From an uncultured Candidatus Saccharibacteria bacterium (GTDB taxonomy: Bacteria; Patescibacteriota; CPR2; UBA1875; CAIMLA01): DNA of 64,000 bases. Below are positions 39,714-48,466 of the stretch, one piece after another. Under the pieces are notes generated by a model, which saw only the letters and a program-made list of their open reading frames with translations, was not told the origin of the DNA and searched no databases. How positions within the stretch are numbered: the stretch's first letter is position 1; each line of letters starts with the position of its first letter. The position numbers and the translations under genes are program-made. The stretch spans positions 28,850 through 92,849 of the forward strand of contig CAZQLQ010000001.1 in assembly GCA_964594415.1 (NCBI GenBank), in the 5' to 3' direction.

Positions 39714-40422
39714 ACCAAGGATGCCAAAAAGCTTAAAAGTTGATTCTAAACCGAGTAACTTTTGTCCTGGTTGCGGTTATGGCTTAACTTTGAAAATTTT
39801 AGGCGAAGTAATCGATGAAATGGAAATCGCTACAAAGACTTTTATTGGTTTGGACATTGGTTGCAATCTTTTGGCTTGGGATTATTTTGACATAGATACC
39901 TTTCAGACTCATCATGGCAGGGTGACACCACTGCTCTCGGGCTATAAAAGAGCTGAAAAAGATAGTATCTCCTTGGGTATCGCTGGTGATGGCGGGCTTT
40001 ATTCTATCGGCCTTCAAAGCTTGTTACACGCTGCCCACAGAAACGAGCCAATTACAATCATTGGAGTTAACAATACTCTTTATGGTATGACAGGAGGTCA
40101 GGCTGCACCTACTACAATGCCTGGAGAAGTAACCGATACGACGCCGGGCGGAGAGTTTACCAATGAAAAACCAATTTTCGGACCTGAATTAGTGAAGGAA
40201 GTTGCTCATGAACATGCATATCTTGCAAGAGCAACCGTTTTAAACTTGCCGGGGCTTAAAATGATGATGAAAAAAGCAATTGAAGCTCAGATCAAAGGTA
40301 ATTTTGCACTTGTCGAAGTAATTTCGATGTGTCCTACCAACTGGAAAACAAATGCCGCAGAAACAATAGAGTTTGCTCGAAAAATGAGCGAGACCTTCAA
40401 AACAGGGGTAATAAATGAATAG
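39706..40422 (+). CDS. 2-oxoacid:ferredoxin oxidoreductase, beta (TPP-binding) subunit
   Basis: FCPGCG, DIGC, GDG..NN..YGMTGGQ, CPTNW. Confidence 0.93.
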   Translation: MLEPRMPKSLKVDSKPSNFCPGCGYGLTLKILGEVIDEMEIATKTFIGLDIGCNLLAWDYFDIDTFQTHHGRVTPLLSGYKRAEKDSISLGIAGDGGLYSIGLQSLLHAAHRNEPITIIGVNNTLYGMTGGQAAPTTMPGEVTDTTPGGEFTNEKPIFGPELVKEVAHEHAYLARATVLNLPGLKMMMKKAIEAQIKGNFALVEVISMCPTNWKTNAAETIEFARKMSETFKTGVINE

Positions 40423-40984
40423 AAATAATTTTAGAATTTTAATCGCAGGTGAAGGTGGGCAAGGTGTTCAGCGTATTGCTCATGCTTTTACTCACGCAGC
40501 CTTTAATGCAAATTTGCACGTTACTTATATGCCCAATTATGGAGTTGAGCAGAGGGGCGGAGTTTCTTTGGGATTCCTTCAATACGGAGAAGAGGAGATC
40601 GGATTTCCGAAATTTTCTACTGCTGATATCCTGGTTGTTATGTGCTCTAGGGCGGTCCAGAGAACAAAACAATACATCGGAGACGACACGATTTATATTT
40701 ACGATGACGGACTTATTAAGAGCTCGGAAATTTCCGATATTACAGCTCAAAAGATCGCCATCTCAGCAACGAAAATTGCAAATGAGAAATTGACTCCCAA
40801 AACATTCAATATGATTTTGGCTGGAGCGCTTTTGTCCGAAACAGTTGGTTTGAATCTGAAGGGCATAGAGGAAGCGCTCGAAGTTGATTTTAAGGATAAG
40901 TATGTTCAGAAACCGGAAATGCGAAGTTTTAATAAAAGGGCGCTAGAATTAGGATATAAACTAGCAAAAGATGCCTACAAATAA
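40415..40984 (+). CDS. 2-oxoacid:ferredoxin oxidoreductase, gamma subunit
   Basis: AGEGGQGV, YGVEQRGG, NMILAGA. Confidence 0.93.
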   Translation: MNRNNFRILIAGEGGQGVQRIAHAFTHAAFNANLHVTYMPNYGVEQRGGVSLGFLQYGEEEIGFPKFSTADILVVMCSRAVQRTKQYIGDDTIYIYDDGLIKSSEISDITAQKIAISATKIANEKLTPKTFNMILAGALLSETVGLNLKGIEEALEVDFKDKYVQKPEMRSFNKRALELGYKLAKDAYK

Positions 40985-40996
40985 GAGGAATTGAGT

Positions 40997-41233
40997 ATGA
41001 ATAGAGAACCAAAAAAATTTGAAGAAAAAGGTAAAAAGTGGACTCAATTTCCTGAGTATTGCAAAAGTTGTGGGCTTTGTAAGGAAGTATGTCCAGTGAA
41101 ATGCCTTGATTGGGATGATAAAGTCTTGGGACACTTTGGACAACCATCGATTAAATGTGACATTTCTAAGTGTATTCAGTGTAAAAAATGCGAAAATATT
41201 TGCCCTGATATGGCAATAAGAGTAAAGGACTAA
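40997..41233 (+). CDS. 2x[4Fe-4S] ferredoxin (oxidoreductase delta subunit)
   Basis: CKSCGLCKEVCP and CIQCKKCENICPD. Confidence 0.93.
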   Translation: MNREPKKFEEKGKKWTQFPEYCKSCGLCKEVCPVKCLDWDDKVLGHFGQPSIKCDISKCIQCKKCENICPDMAIRVKD

Positions 41234-41248
41234 AAAAGTAAATTTTCT

Positions 41249-41314
41249 GTCATTCTGTCCGACGACTCCAATGAGTTCGTGTCGGACTCCGTTGGAGGAC
41301 TTGTCGAGGGATCT
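41249..41314. repeat. REP-like element, copy of 633-698
   Basis: 57/66 identical; nested hairpins. Confidence 0.85.
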
Positions 41315-41356
41315 CATTTCTATTACTTTCTCCTTGATGAGAAAGTAATCAAAGAA

Positions 41357-41469
41357 TCAAGAAAAACTGAACTCCTTTTTAAAAAGATTATTCTTTTTTC
41401 GATATATTATAAGGTTTTCCTAGAAAGAATAACTTTTTAAAATAGTCGGTCCTCGGGACGAACAGTTTT
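41357..41469. repeat. 113-bp structured direct repeat, copy 1
   Basis: One mismatch versus 41763-41875. Confidence 0.92.
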
Positions 41470-41480
41470 TCAAGGGGTTT

Positions 41481-41720
41481 ATTGTTCGAACGAATGTGAA
41501 AACTACCAGGAAAGAGAACTTCCCACTTCGTTCGAAGAATATTGTCCGAATGCAATGAGAACTGTCTTGTAACTTCTCACTCTGTTCGAAGAATATTGTT
41601 CGAGGCGAAGCCGAGAACTACTTTTTTGTCTGTCTTTTTGTCATCCTCGCCTCCCTGTCATTCTGAGCGAAGTCGAAGAATCTCAACCACTTGTCATCCT
41701 CGCGAACGCGGGGATCTATT
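41481..41720. repeat. Tandem degenerate palindromes followed by GTCAT-type REP halves
   Basis: ATTGTYCGA..TTCGAAGAAT units at 41481, 41541 and 41595; TGTCATCCTCGC, TGTCATTCTGAGCGAAGTCGAAGAATCT. Confidence 0.75.
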
Positions 41721-41762
41721 ATCCTCCTTATCACTTTCTCTTGAAATAAAGTAGCGCAAAGT

Positions 41763-41875
41763 TCAAGAAAAACTGAACTCCTTTTTAAAAAGATTATTCT
41801 TTTTTCGATATATTATAAGGTTTTCCTAGAAAGAATACCTTTTTAAAATAGTCGGTCCTCGGGACGAACAGTTTT
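41763..41875. repeat. 113-bp structured direct repeat, copy 2
   Basis: One mismatch versus 41357-41469. Confidence 0.92.
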
Positions 41876-41949
41876 CCGGGGGAATTTTTCAAAATAAATT
41901 TAATTTCGTACACTATATTAATGACTAATTTGGCGTTATAATACTTGTT

Positions 41950-44106
41950 GTGAAAAATGTTTTAGAAGGACTAAACGAACAGCAGAGGGAAGCAGTTCTG
42001 GCCACAGAGGGGCCAGTTTTGATTTTGGCTGGTGCGGGAAGTGGAAAGACAAAGGCGCTTACACATAGAATTGCATATTTGATTTTAGAAAAAAGCGTCT
42101 TACCGCAAAATATTCTTGCAGTTACTTTCACAAATAAAGCAGCTAAAGAGATGTCAAGCAGGGTGGCTGCACTTATCGGTGCGAATTTTAATGTAAATAA
42201 TTATAAAGACTTTGGTATGCCAAGCGTCTTGCCGACAATGGGAACTTTTCATTCTATTTGCGCGAAAATCATGCGCGAAGATGGTCATTACTTAGGCTAT
42301 AAGAGAAGCTTTGCGATTTATGACGAGTCTGACAGTCAGTCAGCGATTAAACAAGCTATTCGGAGTATGTCTGCAGAAGACAACAAGATCTCGGTCCAGA
42401 CTATTAAATCATTTATTTCGGGAGCGAAGAATGAACTCATGGATTCTGACAAATATGCGTCCATGGCAACTGGTTATGTGCAAGAATTTGTGGCACAAGT
42501 ATACCCTAAGTATCAAGAAATATTGAAGAGAAACAATGCTCTAGATTTTGACGACCTGCTAATGCAAACGATCATTCTCTTTATGAAGTTTCCGGAGGTT
42601 TTGAGAAAATATCAATTGATTTGGAGATATATACACATCGACGAATATCAGGACACAAATCATGCACAATATATGTTTGCAAAGCTACTTGCAAAAGAGC
42701 ATAAAAATCTTTGCGTCGTCGGTGATGACTGGCAGTCCATTTATAGTTGGCGCGGAGCAAATTTTCGGAATATTTTAGACTTTGAGCGTGATTATCCAAA
42801 TGCTAAACTTGTCAAGCTAGAACAAAATTATCGTTCCACAAAAGTTATTTTAGATGCTGCACATCAAATAATTTCAAAAAATGAAAATAGAAGCGAAAAG
42901 AAACTTTGGACTGGAAACGAAACAGGATACCCGATAGTTCTAATCGATGCTTTGAATGAACAAGACGAGGGCAGATATATTATTAGAGAAACCGAAAGAT
43001 TAATACGCGAAGAAAATTATCGGTTAAATGATATTGTTATTTTATACAGGACTAATGCACAATCACGAGCAATAGAGGCAGAGCTTCTCAAGTTCAATGT
43101 GCCTTATCGTATTGTCGGCGGGTTTAGATTTTATGAACGCAAAGAAATCAAGGATATGATAGCATACCTCAGAGTTGTGAATTCTGATGATGACTGGGTG
43201 GCTTTTGAGCGTATTATTAATATTCCACCTCGGGGTATCGGTGCTGTTAGTCTAAAAAAACTTATTGATTTCGGCAGAGAAAATAATTTAACTATTTCTG
43301 AAACTCTCGAAAGAGTTAACGAACTTTCCTTAGGTTCCAAGATTATTATCGCGTTAAGCGATTTCGCTCGTACCTTAGAAGTTTTACGAAAATCGAGGAA
43401 AGTCGAAACCTTACCGGAATTAATCGAGCTAACTATTAAGAAGAGCGGATACGAGGCATTTTTAGATGACGGTAATATTACGAATGCGGAGCGCATAGAA
43501 AATTTGAAAGAATTGCTTTCGGTAGCGGCTGAATATGTTTCAAACTATGGAGATTCAAATTTGGAAAACTTCTTGGAGGAGATATCTCTTGTCGCTGACA
43601 TAGATAACTGGAATCCGACAGAAGAGGCAATTACTCTGATGACCCTTCATGCAGCAAAAGGACTTGAATTTAGGGCGGTATTTTTGATTGGCATGGAGGA
43701 GAATCTTTTCCCACACGCAAATTCATCTTTTGATCCTATGCAGTTAGAAGAAGAAAGAAGACTTTGCTATGTAGGTTTTACCAGAGCAAAAGAACGGCTG
43801 TATCTTACTCTCGCTAATAGCAGGCTACTTTACGGGAGAACTCAGTCGAATTCTCCTAGCAGGTTTCTTGCGGACATACCAGCTGGGATTATTACCGGTT
43901 ATGAGTCACTATTTAAGAAAGATGTAAATGATGTACCGGAAGAAGCGATTAGCGGTTATTTTAATTCCGGTGATCTTGTTTCGCATAAGGAATTTGGCAA
44001 GGGCAAGGTAACTGCGATTGACGGAGATGAAATTACTGTAATTTTTGAGAATTATGGAACTAAATGGCTCTCACTTTCTTATGCAAAATTGAAAAAAGTT
44101 AAGTAG
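41950..44106 (+). CDS. pcrA: ATP-dependent DNA helicase PcrA/UvrD
   Basis: AGAGSGKT, TFTNKAA, DEYQD, VGDDWQSIY, LEQNYRS, AKGLEF, EEERRLCYV. Confidence 0.96.
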   Translation: MKNVLEGLNEQQREAVLATEGPVLILAGAGSGKTKALTHRIAYLILEKSVLPQNILAVTFTNKAAKEMSSRVAALIGANFNVNNYKDFGMPSVLPTMGTFHSICAKIMREDGHYLGYKRSFAIYDESDSQSAIKQAIRSMSAEDNKISVQTIKSFISGAKNELMDSDKYASMATGYVQEFVAQVYPKYQEILKRNNALDFDDLLMQTIILFMKFPEVLRKYQLIWRYIHIDEYQDTNHAQYMFAKLLAKEHKNLCVVGDDWQSIYSWRGANFRNILDFERDYPNAKLVKLEQNYRSTKVILDAAHQIISKNENRSEKKLWTGNETGYPIVLIDALNEQDEGRYIIRETERLIREENYRLNDIVILYRTNAQSRAIEAELLKFNVPYRIVGGFRFYERKEIKDMIAYLRVVNSDDDWVAFERIINIPPRGIGAVSLKKLIDFGRENNLTISETLERVNELSLGSKIIIALSDFARTLEVLRKSRKVETLPELIELTIKKSGYEAFLDDGNITNAERIENLKELLSVAAEYVSNYGDSNLENFLEEISLVADIDNWNPTEEAITLMTLHAAKGLEFRAVFLIGMEENLFPHANSSFDPMQLEEERRLCYVGFTRAKERLYLTLANSRLLYGRTQSNSPSRFLADIPAGIITGYESLFKKDVNDVPEEAISGYFNSGDLVSHKEFGKGKVTAIDGDEITVIFENYGTKWLSLSYAKLKKVK

Positions 44107-44172
44107 GCTTTTTTCTTTACGTAGGGATAATAGATTGTTATTATCTATATTAGGTATTAGATTTTTAAAACC

Positions 44173-47100
44173 TTGGAGGGCAAAGGGTTGTTTGGATATA
44201 AATTTAATAATTTATATATAAATGCTTGTTCTAATATAAAAAATTATAAAGTTACAAAAAAGCTTGAATATCTTACGGTATTTATATTAGTTCTTAGTAT
44301 GCTTAGCTTTCAAGCATACTCATCAACAGAACTCAGGAAATATTTATTTGGTGCTGGGAATGCATTTGCTGGTATTGAAAACGTTAGCGTTGATGTTGGT
44401 GAGGAAGATACGTGCGTAGTGAGAAGTGATGGCACGGTTTGGTGTTGGGGCTGGAACATGTATGAGAACCGCCTAGGAATACCTACTGTCGAAGGGATGT
44501 TTACTAAAGACGCACTTACACCAATTCAAGTAGTGGGTCCTGGAGGTATTGGATATCTAAATAACGTCAAGACGGTAGAAATAGGAGAAGGCCATACTTG
44601 TGCTTTGAAGAATGATGGTACTGTCTGGTGTTGGGGATATAACTATGAGGGAGAACTCGGTGATAATATGAACGAAGAATATAGTCGGACGCCTGTGCAG
44701 GTTATGGGTGCCGGTGGGGTAGGATTCTTAAGTGATATTGTTGAGATAACTATAGGTTCCGATGCTTTCTCTACTTGTGCTTTGAAGAATGATGGTACTG
44801 TCTGGTGTTGGGGATATAACTGGGCTGGTGAGCTTGGAAACGGTTTGGCTGACGTTCAAAGTAATGTTCCTATCCAGGTTGTCGGTCAGGGTGGTTTGGG
44901 GTATCTAACTAATGTGCGTTCAATATCGATGGGAGAAAATACCACTTGCGCAGCAAAAAACGACGGTACCGTATGGTGTTGGGGTAGTAATTTCGGGGGC
45001 GAACTAGGAAATGGGACGGAAAGTGTTGACAGCTATACCCCGATACAGGTAGTTGGAGTTGGGGGTACGGGGTATTTGCAAAACATCAAGTCAGTCGCGC
45101 TAGATTTTTACTCTTGTGCTTTATCGAACGAAAACACGGTTTTTTGCTGGGGTTATGGTAGTGACGGCGAATTGGGGAATGGACAAAATGTTGATAGTTA
45201 TTCGCCAGTTCAAGTTCTCGGAGTAGGCGGCGACGGATATCTGACGGACGTAAAGAAAATTGGGGTCGGGCAAGGTTTTGCATGTGCTTTGAAAAATGAT
45301 GGAACAGTGAATTGCTGGGGTAGTAATTGGTTTGGAGACGGAGCGCTAGGGGATGGTACTTCAAATGACAGTAATACCCCAGTACAGGTAAAAGACCATA
45401 GCGGTAGCGGAAGTCTTACCGGAATTACTGATTTAGATGTTGGATTTGGAGGTGTTGCGTCAATTAGTAACGATGGGCGGATTTATTTGTGGGGTGATTA
45501 TACTCTTGGTAATGGTACTTGGAACACATCCTTATTGCCAACCGCGGTTTTGTATCAAGGTGAAATTACTAGCTACTTAGATAATGTAATATCTCTTAAC
45601 GTTGGCTCTAATCTTCAGTCTTGTGTAATCAAATCGGATGGTTCATTGTTATGTTGGGGCGTATCTCAATCTATTCTAGAGTCCATTTATCCGAAGAAAA
45701 TTCCAGGCCCTAACGGACTTGGATACATGGATAGTGTGAGATCGGTTGATTGGGGAAACGAACATAGTTGTGCGGTCAAAACTGATGGAACCGTATGGTG
45801 TTGGGGAACGAATGCCTATGGCCAACTAGGAGATGAAAGCTACTCGGATAGTTATACACCCGTCCAAGTGGTAGGCGTTGGAGGAACAGGTTATCTAACC
45901 GATGTAGAAACTGTAACAACTGGACGACGATTTTCTTGTGCGCTTAAAACTGATGGTACGGTTTACTGTTGGGGATGGGGGTATAGAGGTATACTAGGTA
46001 ATAATTCTACAAATAACTCAAATACACCCGTCCAGGTGGTAGGCGTTGGAGGAACAGGTTATCTGACTAATATACTTGATGTTGATACTTTTTGGTTACA
46101 TACTTGCGCAATTAGCTCAAGTGGTAGTGCATATTGTTGGGGTGACAACGCGAATTCCAAGCTAGGAGGAACTGCTAGTGCCTACAGCTCTACGCCAGTG
46201 CAAGTTTATGGTACAGGCGGTGTTGGATATCTTGGCAATATTGATAAAATCGATACCATGGTTTCTAGCTCATGTGCTACATTGAGCGATGGAACCGTTT
46301 GGTGTTGGGGATACAATGGAGGAGGTCAGTTAGGGGACAATACGACTGCTCAACGGGATTATCCAGTTCAGGTTCATGGGGTGAATAACCTAGGTTATTT
46401 GCAGAACGTTCAAGAAACTAGCGGAGGCTGGAATCATAACTGTGCACTTACATTTGACGGACTTGTATATTGTTGGGGAAGAAATCAGGAAGGAGAGCTA
46501 GGTATAAATACTATTATTAATAGCCTTACGCCAGTGCAGGTATTGGGAAATAATGGCGTTGGAGTCTTGGAAAATATTATTGAGATTTCTTCAGGATATG
46601 ATTATTCATGTGCTCTTAATAATAATGGATATGTTTATTGTTGGGGTGGTAATGACGACTACGCTCTTGGAATTGGTTGGAGCCTAGATAAGTTGGTGCC
46701 TGTACGAGTTGCTTCTGAAATAGAGATTTGCGAATTTAGTGCTCTAGGGAGCTCTCTTTGTGCAGATAGCGGATCGTCACCGCCAACCACTATCCCTCCC
46801 ACCACCACTCCTCCTACTCCAACTACAACCAAACCAAAATCATCTCCTCTAACTCCTTTTCAACCCGTAGACGAGAATATCGCAGACGAAACTACACCTA
46901 CAACCAGTACCACAACCACGACAACCAGAGAAGAAACAGCAGAAAAGTCAAACTCTTCTTCGGAGAGCGATTCAGATAATAATAATCATGACGGATTCTT
47001 TAAAACCATTAAATCCTATGTCGTAGCTTTTCTTTCTACCTCATCCGATGCAATAGCTAAAGTAAACTACAAGATAACCTCATACTTCACTTCTTCAAAG

Positions 47101-48414
47101 GGTCTTGGTAACTTTTTGGGGATGGTTCCTCCTGCCCTAGCCAGAGTGTTCCCTTGGCTACTTTTCGCCCTCCTTATCTATCTTATCCGCAGATTAATCA
47201 AACAAACCAAGGAAGAAGGTAAGAACGCTCAAGAGATGATAAAGCTTATCGATCTCGAGAAAGCTATCGGAGTCCAGAAAGAAAACTTCGTCAGATTATC
47301 TTCTCATTACCTAAGAACCCCGTTAACAATCATCTCTACTGGCATTGATCTTATGTTTACCCTGGATAAAGTTGAGAAAGAAAAGCAAACCGACCTCTCA
47401 AACGCCCTTAAAGACCTAAATACCAAAGTAGAGGAGATCTTTTCTGATATATCCTCTAATAGATATCTAAACGAGATAACTATTCCAGATATTAAAGAGG
47501 AGAAGATCAAGATTTATGCCTCTCCTTACTTATGGCTACCGATCATCCTAATCGGAGGTATCTCCCTTCTTACCAACTACTTGTTTATCAATATCGCCAA
47601 GATTGATCTCTACACTATTAATCTTATGACCGAAGTAGCTGCCTTTCTCGTTCTTGCTCAGCTTTTCTTTTCTAACTTCAGGAAACGCCAAACCCAAAGG
47701 ATCAAGAATCAAAAATATGAGAAAGAGCTTAAGCTTCAGAAAGTCATCGATGATGCTAGAAATACCTTCATGGAGCAAGTTGCAAGGGATGTTAATGCAA
47801 AAATGATTCCGTTAGAAACCGTCCTTCCTTCGGTAGGTCAAACAGAACACAAGACTGAGATATACAAAGGCCTCTCCGACCTAAAGCAGATGATCTACAA
47901 ATTCACGCTGATTAGCAGTATCAAATCCGAAGGAGCCCTTATTAAACCGAGAGAAATTGACCTATACCGAACAGTCAACGATTATATCAAGGCTAGGCAA
48001 GAAGATATAAAGGCAAAGGGGATTAAGGTTAAACTTTCTAAATCGGACACAATCATAATAACTGACAAAGATAAGTTCTTGTTCATTATCTTCAGTATCA
48101 TCGATAACGCTATCAAGTTTTCTAAAGACAAAGGAAGCATCATTATCAACTGGGAGACAGTAGATAATCGAACTACCATAACCGTGGAAGACGACGGAAT
48201 TGGAATGACTGAAGAAGCCAAAGACCTTCTCTTTAAGCCTTTCGTTAGGGGAACATCTACCCTTAGATTTGATTATGAAGGCATGGGTACTAACCTTTAT
48301 ATCGCCAAACAGATAGCCAATTATTTAAACGGAGATATTTCCCTAGAATCAGAGATAGATAAAGGAACGAAGGTGAGTGTGGTTTCTTGTAGTTATGGTT
48401 ATAGGGTTGATTGA
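44173..48414 (+). CDS. RCC1-repeat (14 blades) receptor histidine kinase, copy A
   Basis: Long signal peptide; 14 C...DGTVWCWG-type repeats; P/T stalk; TM; SHYLRTP; 2 further TM; HATPase (DNAIKF, DDGIGM, FKPF). True start may be TTG 44188. Confidence 0.9.
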   Translation: MEGKGLFGYKFNNLYINACSNIKNYKVTKKLEYLTVFILVLSMLSFQAYSSTELRKYLFGAGNAFAGIENVSVDVGEEDTCVVRSDGTVWCWGWNMYENRLGIPTVEGMFTKDALTPIQVVGPGGIGYLNNVKTVEIGEGHTCALKNDGTVWCWGYNYEGELGDNMNEEYSRTPVQVMGAGGVGFLSDIVEITIGSDAFSTCALKNDGTVWCWGYNWAGELGNGLADVQSNVPIQVVGQGGLGYLTNVRSISMGENTTCAAKNDGTVWCWGSNFGGELGNGTESVDSYTPIQVVGVGGTGYLQNIKSVALDFYSCALSNENTVFCWGYGSDGELGNGQNVDSYSPVQVLGVGGDGYLTDVKKIGVGQGFACALKNDGTVNCWGSNWFGDGALGDGTSNDSNTPVQVKDHSGSGSLTGITDLDVGFGGVASISNDGRIYLWGDYTLGNGTWNTSLLPTAVLYQGEITSYLDNVISLNVGSNLQSCVIKSDGSLLCWGVSQSILESIYPKKIPGPNGLGYMDSVRSVDWGNEHSCAVKTDGTVWCWGTNAYGQLGDESYSDSYTPVQVVGVGGTGYLTDVETVTTGRRFSCALKTDGTVYCWGWGYRGILGNNSTNNSNTPVQVVGVGGTGYLTNILDVDTFWLHTCAISSSGSAYCWGDNANSKLGGTASAYSSTPVQVYGTGGVGYLGNIDKIDTMVSSSCATLSDGTVWCWGYNGGGQLGDNTTAQRDYPVQVHGVNNLGYLQNVQETSGGWNHNCALTFDGLVYCWGRNQEGELGINTIINSLTPVQVLGNNGVGVLENIIEISSGYDYSCALNNNGYVYCWGGNDDYALGIGWSLDKLVPVRVASEIEICEFSALGSSLCADSGSSPPTTIPPTTTPPTPTTTKPKSSPLTPFQPVDENIADETTPTTSTTTTTTREETAEKSNSSSESDSDNNNHDGFFKTIKSYVVAFLSTSSDAIAKVNYKITSYFTSSKGLGNFLGMVPPALARVFPWLLFALLIYLIRRLIKQTKEEGKNAQEMIKLIDLEKAIGVQKENFVRLSSHYLRTPLTIISTGIDLMFTLDKVEKEKQTDLSNALKDLNTKVEEIFSDISSNRYLNEITIPDIKEEKIKIYASPYLWLPIILIGGISLLTNYLFINIAKIDLYTINLMTEVAAFLVLAQLFFSNFRKRQTQRIKNQKYEKELKLQKVIDDARNTFMEQVARDVNAKMIPLETVLPSVGQTEHKTEIYKGLSDLKQMIYKFTLISSIKSEGALIKPREIDLYRTVNDYIKARQEDIKAKGIKVKLSKSDTIIITDKDKFLFIIFSIIDNAIKFSKDKGSIIINWETVDNRTTITVEDDGIGMTEEAKDLLFKPFVRGTSTLRFDYEGMGTNLYIAKQIANYLNGDISLESEIDKGTKVSVVSCSYGYRVD
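46811..48385 (+). repeat. 1575-bp direct repeat, copy 1 (stalk-TM-kinase module)
   Basis: No differences seen versus 61523-63097 (offset 14712). Confidence 0.95.
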
Positions 48415-48439
48415 CAAAGAACAAAAACGAATCTACAAT
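48411..48439 (+). promoter_or_regulatory. Sigma70 promoter for the rpf-like gene
   Basis: TTGACA, 17-bp spacer, TACAAT. Confidence 0.7.
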
Positions 48440-48466
48440 ATTTTTGTCAAAGAGATTTTAATTTAG

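Noticed and set aside
41249-41880. Possible CRISPR array
   Set aside because: Units are degenerate, irregular in length and self-complementary, with no constant repeat/unique spacer pattern and no cas genes
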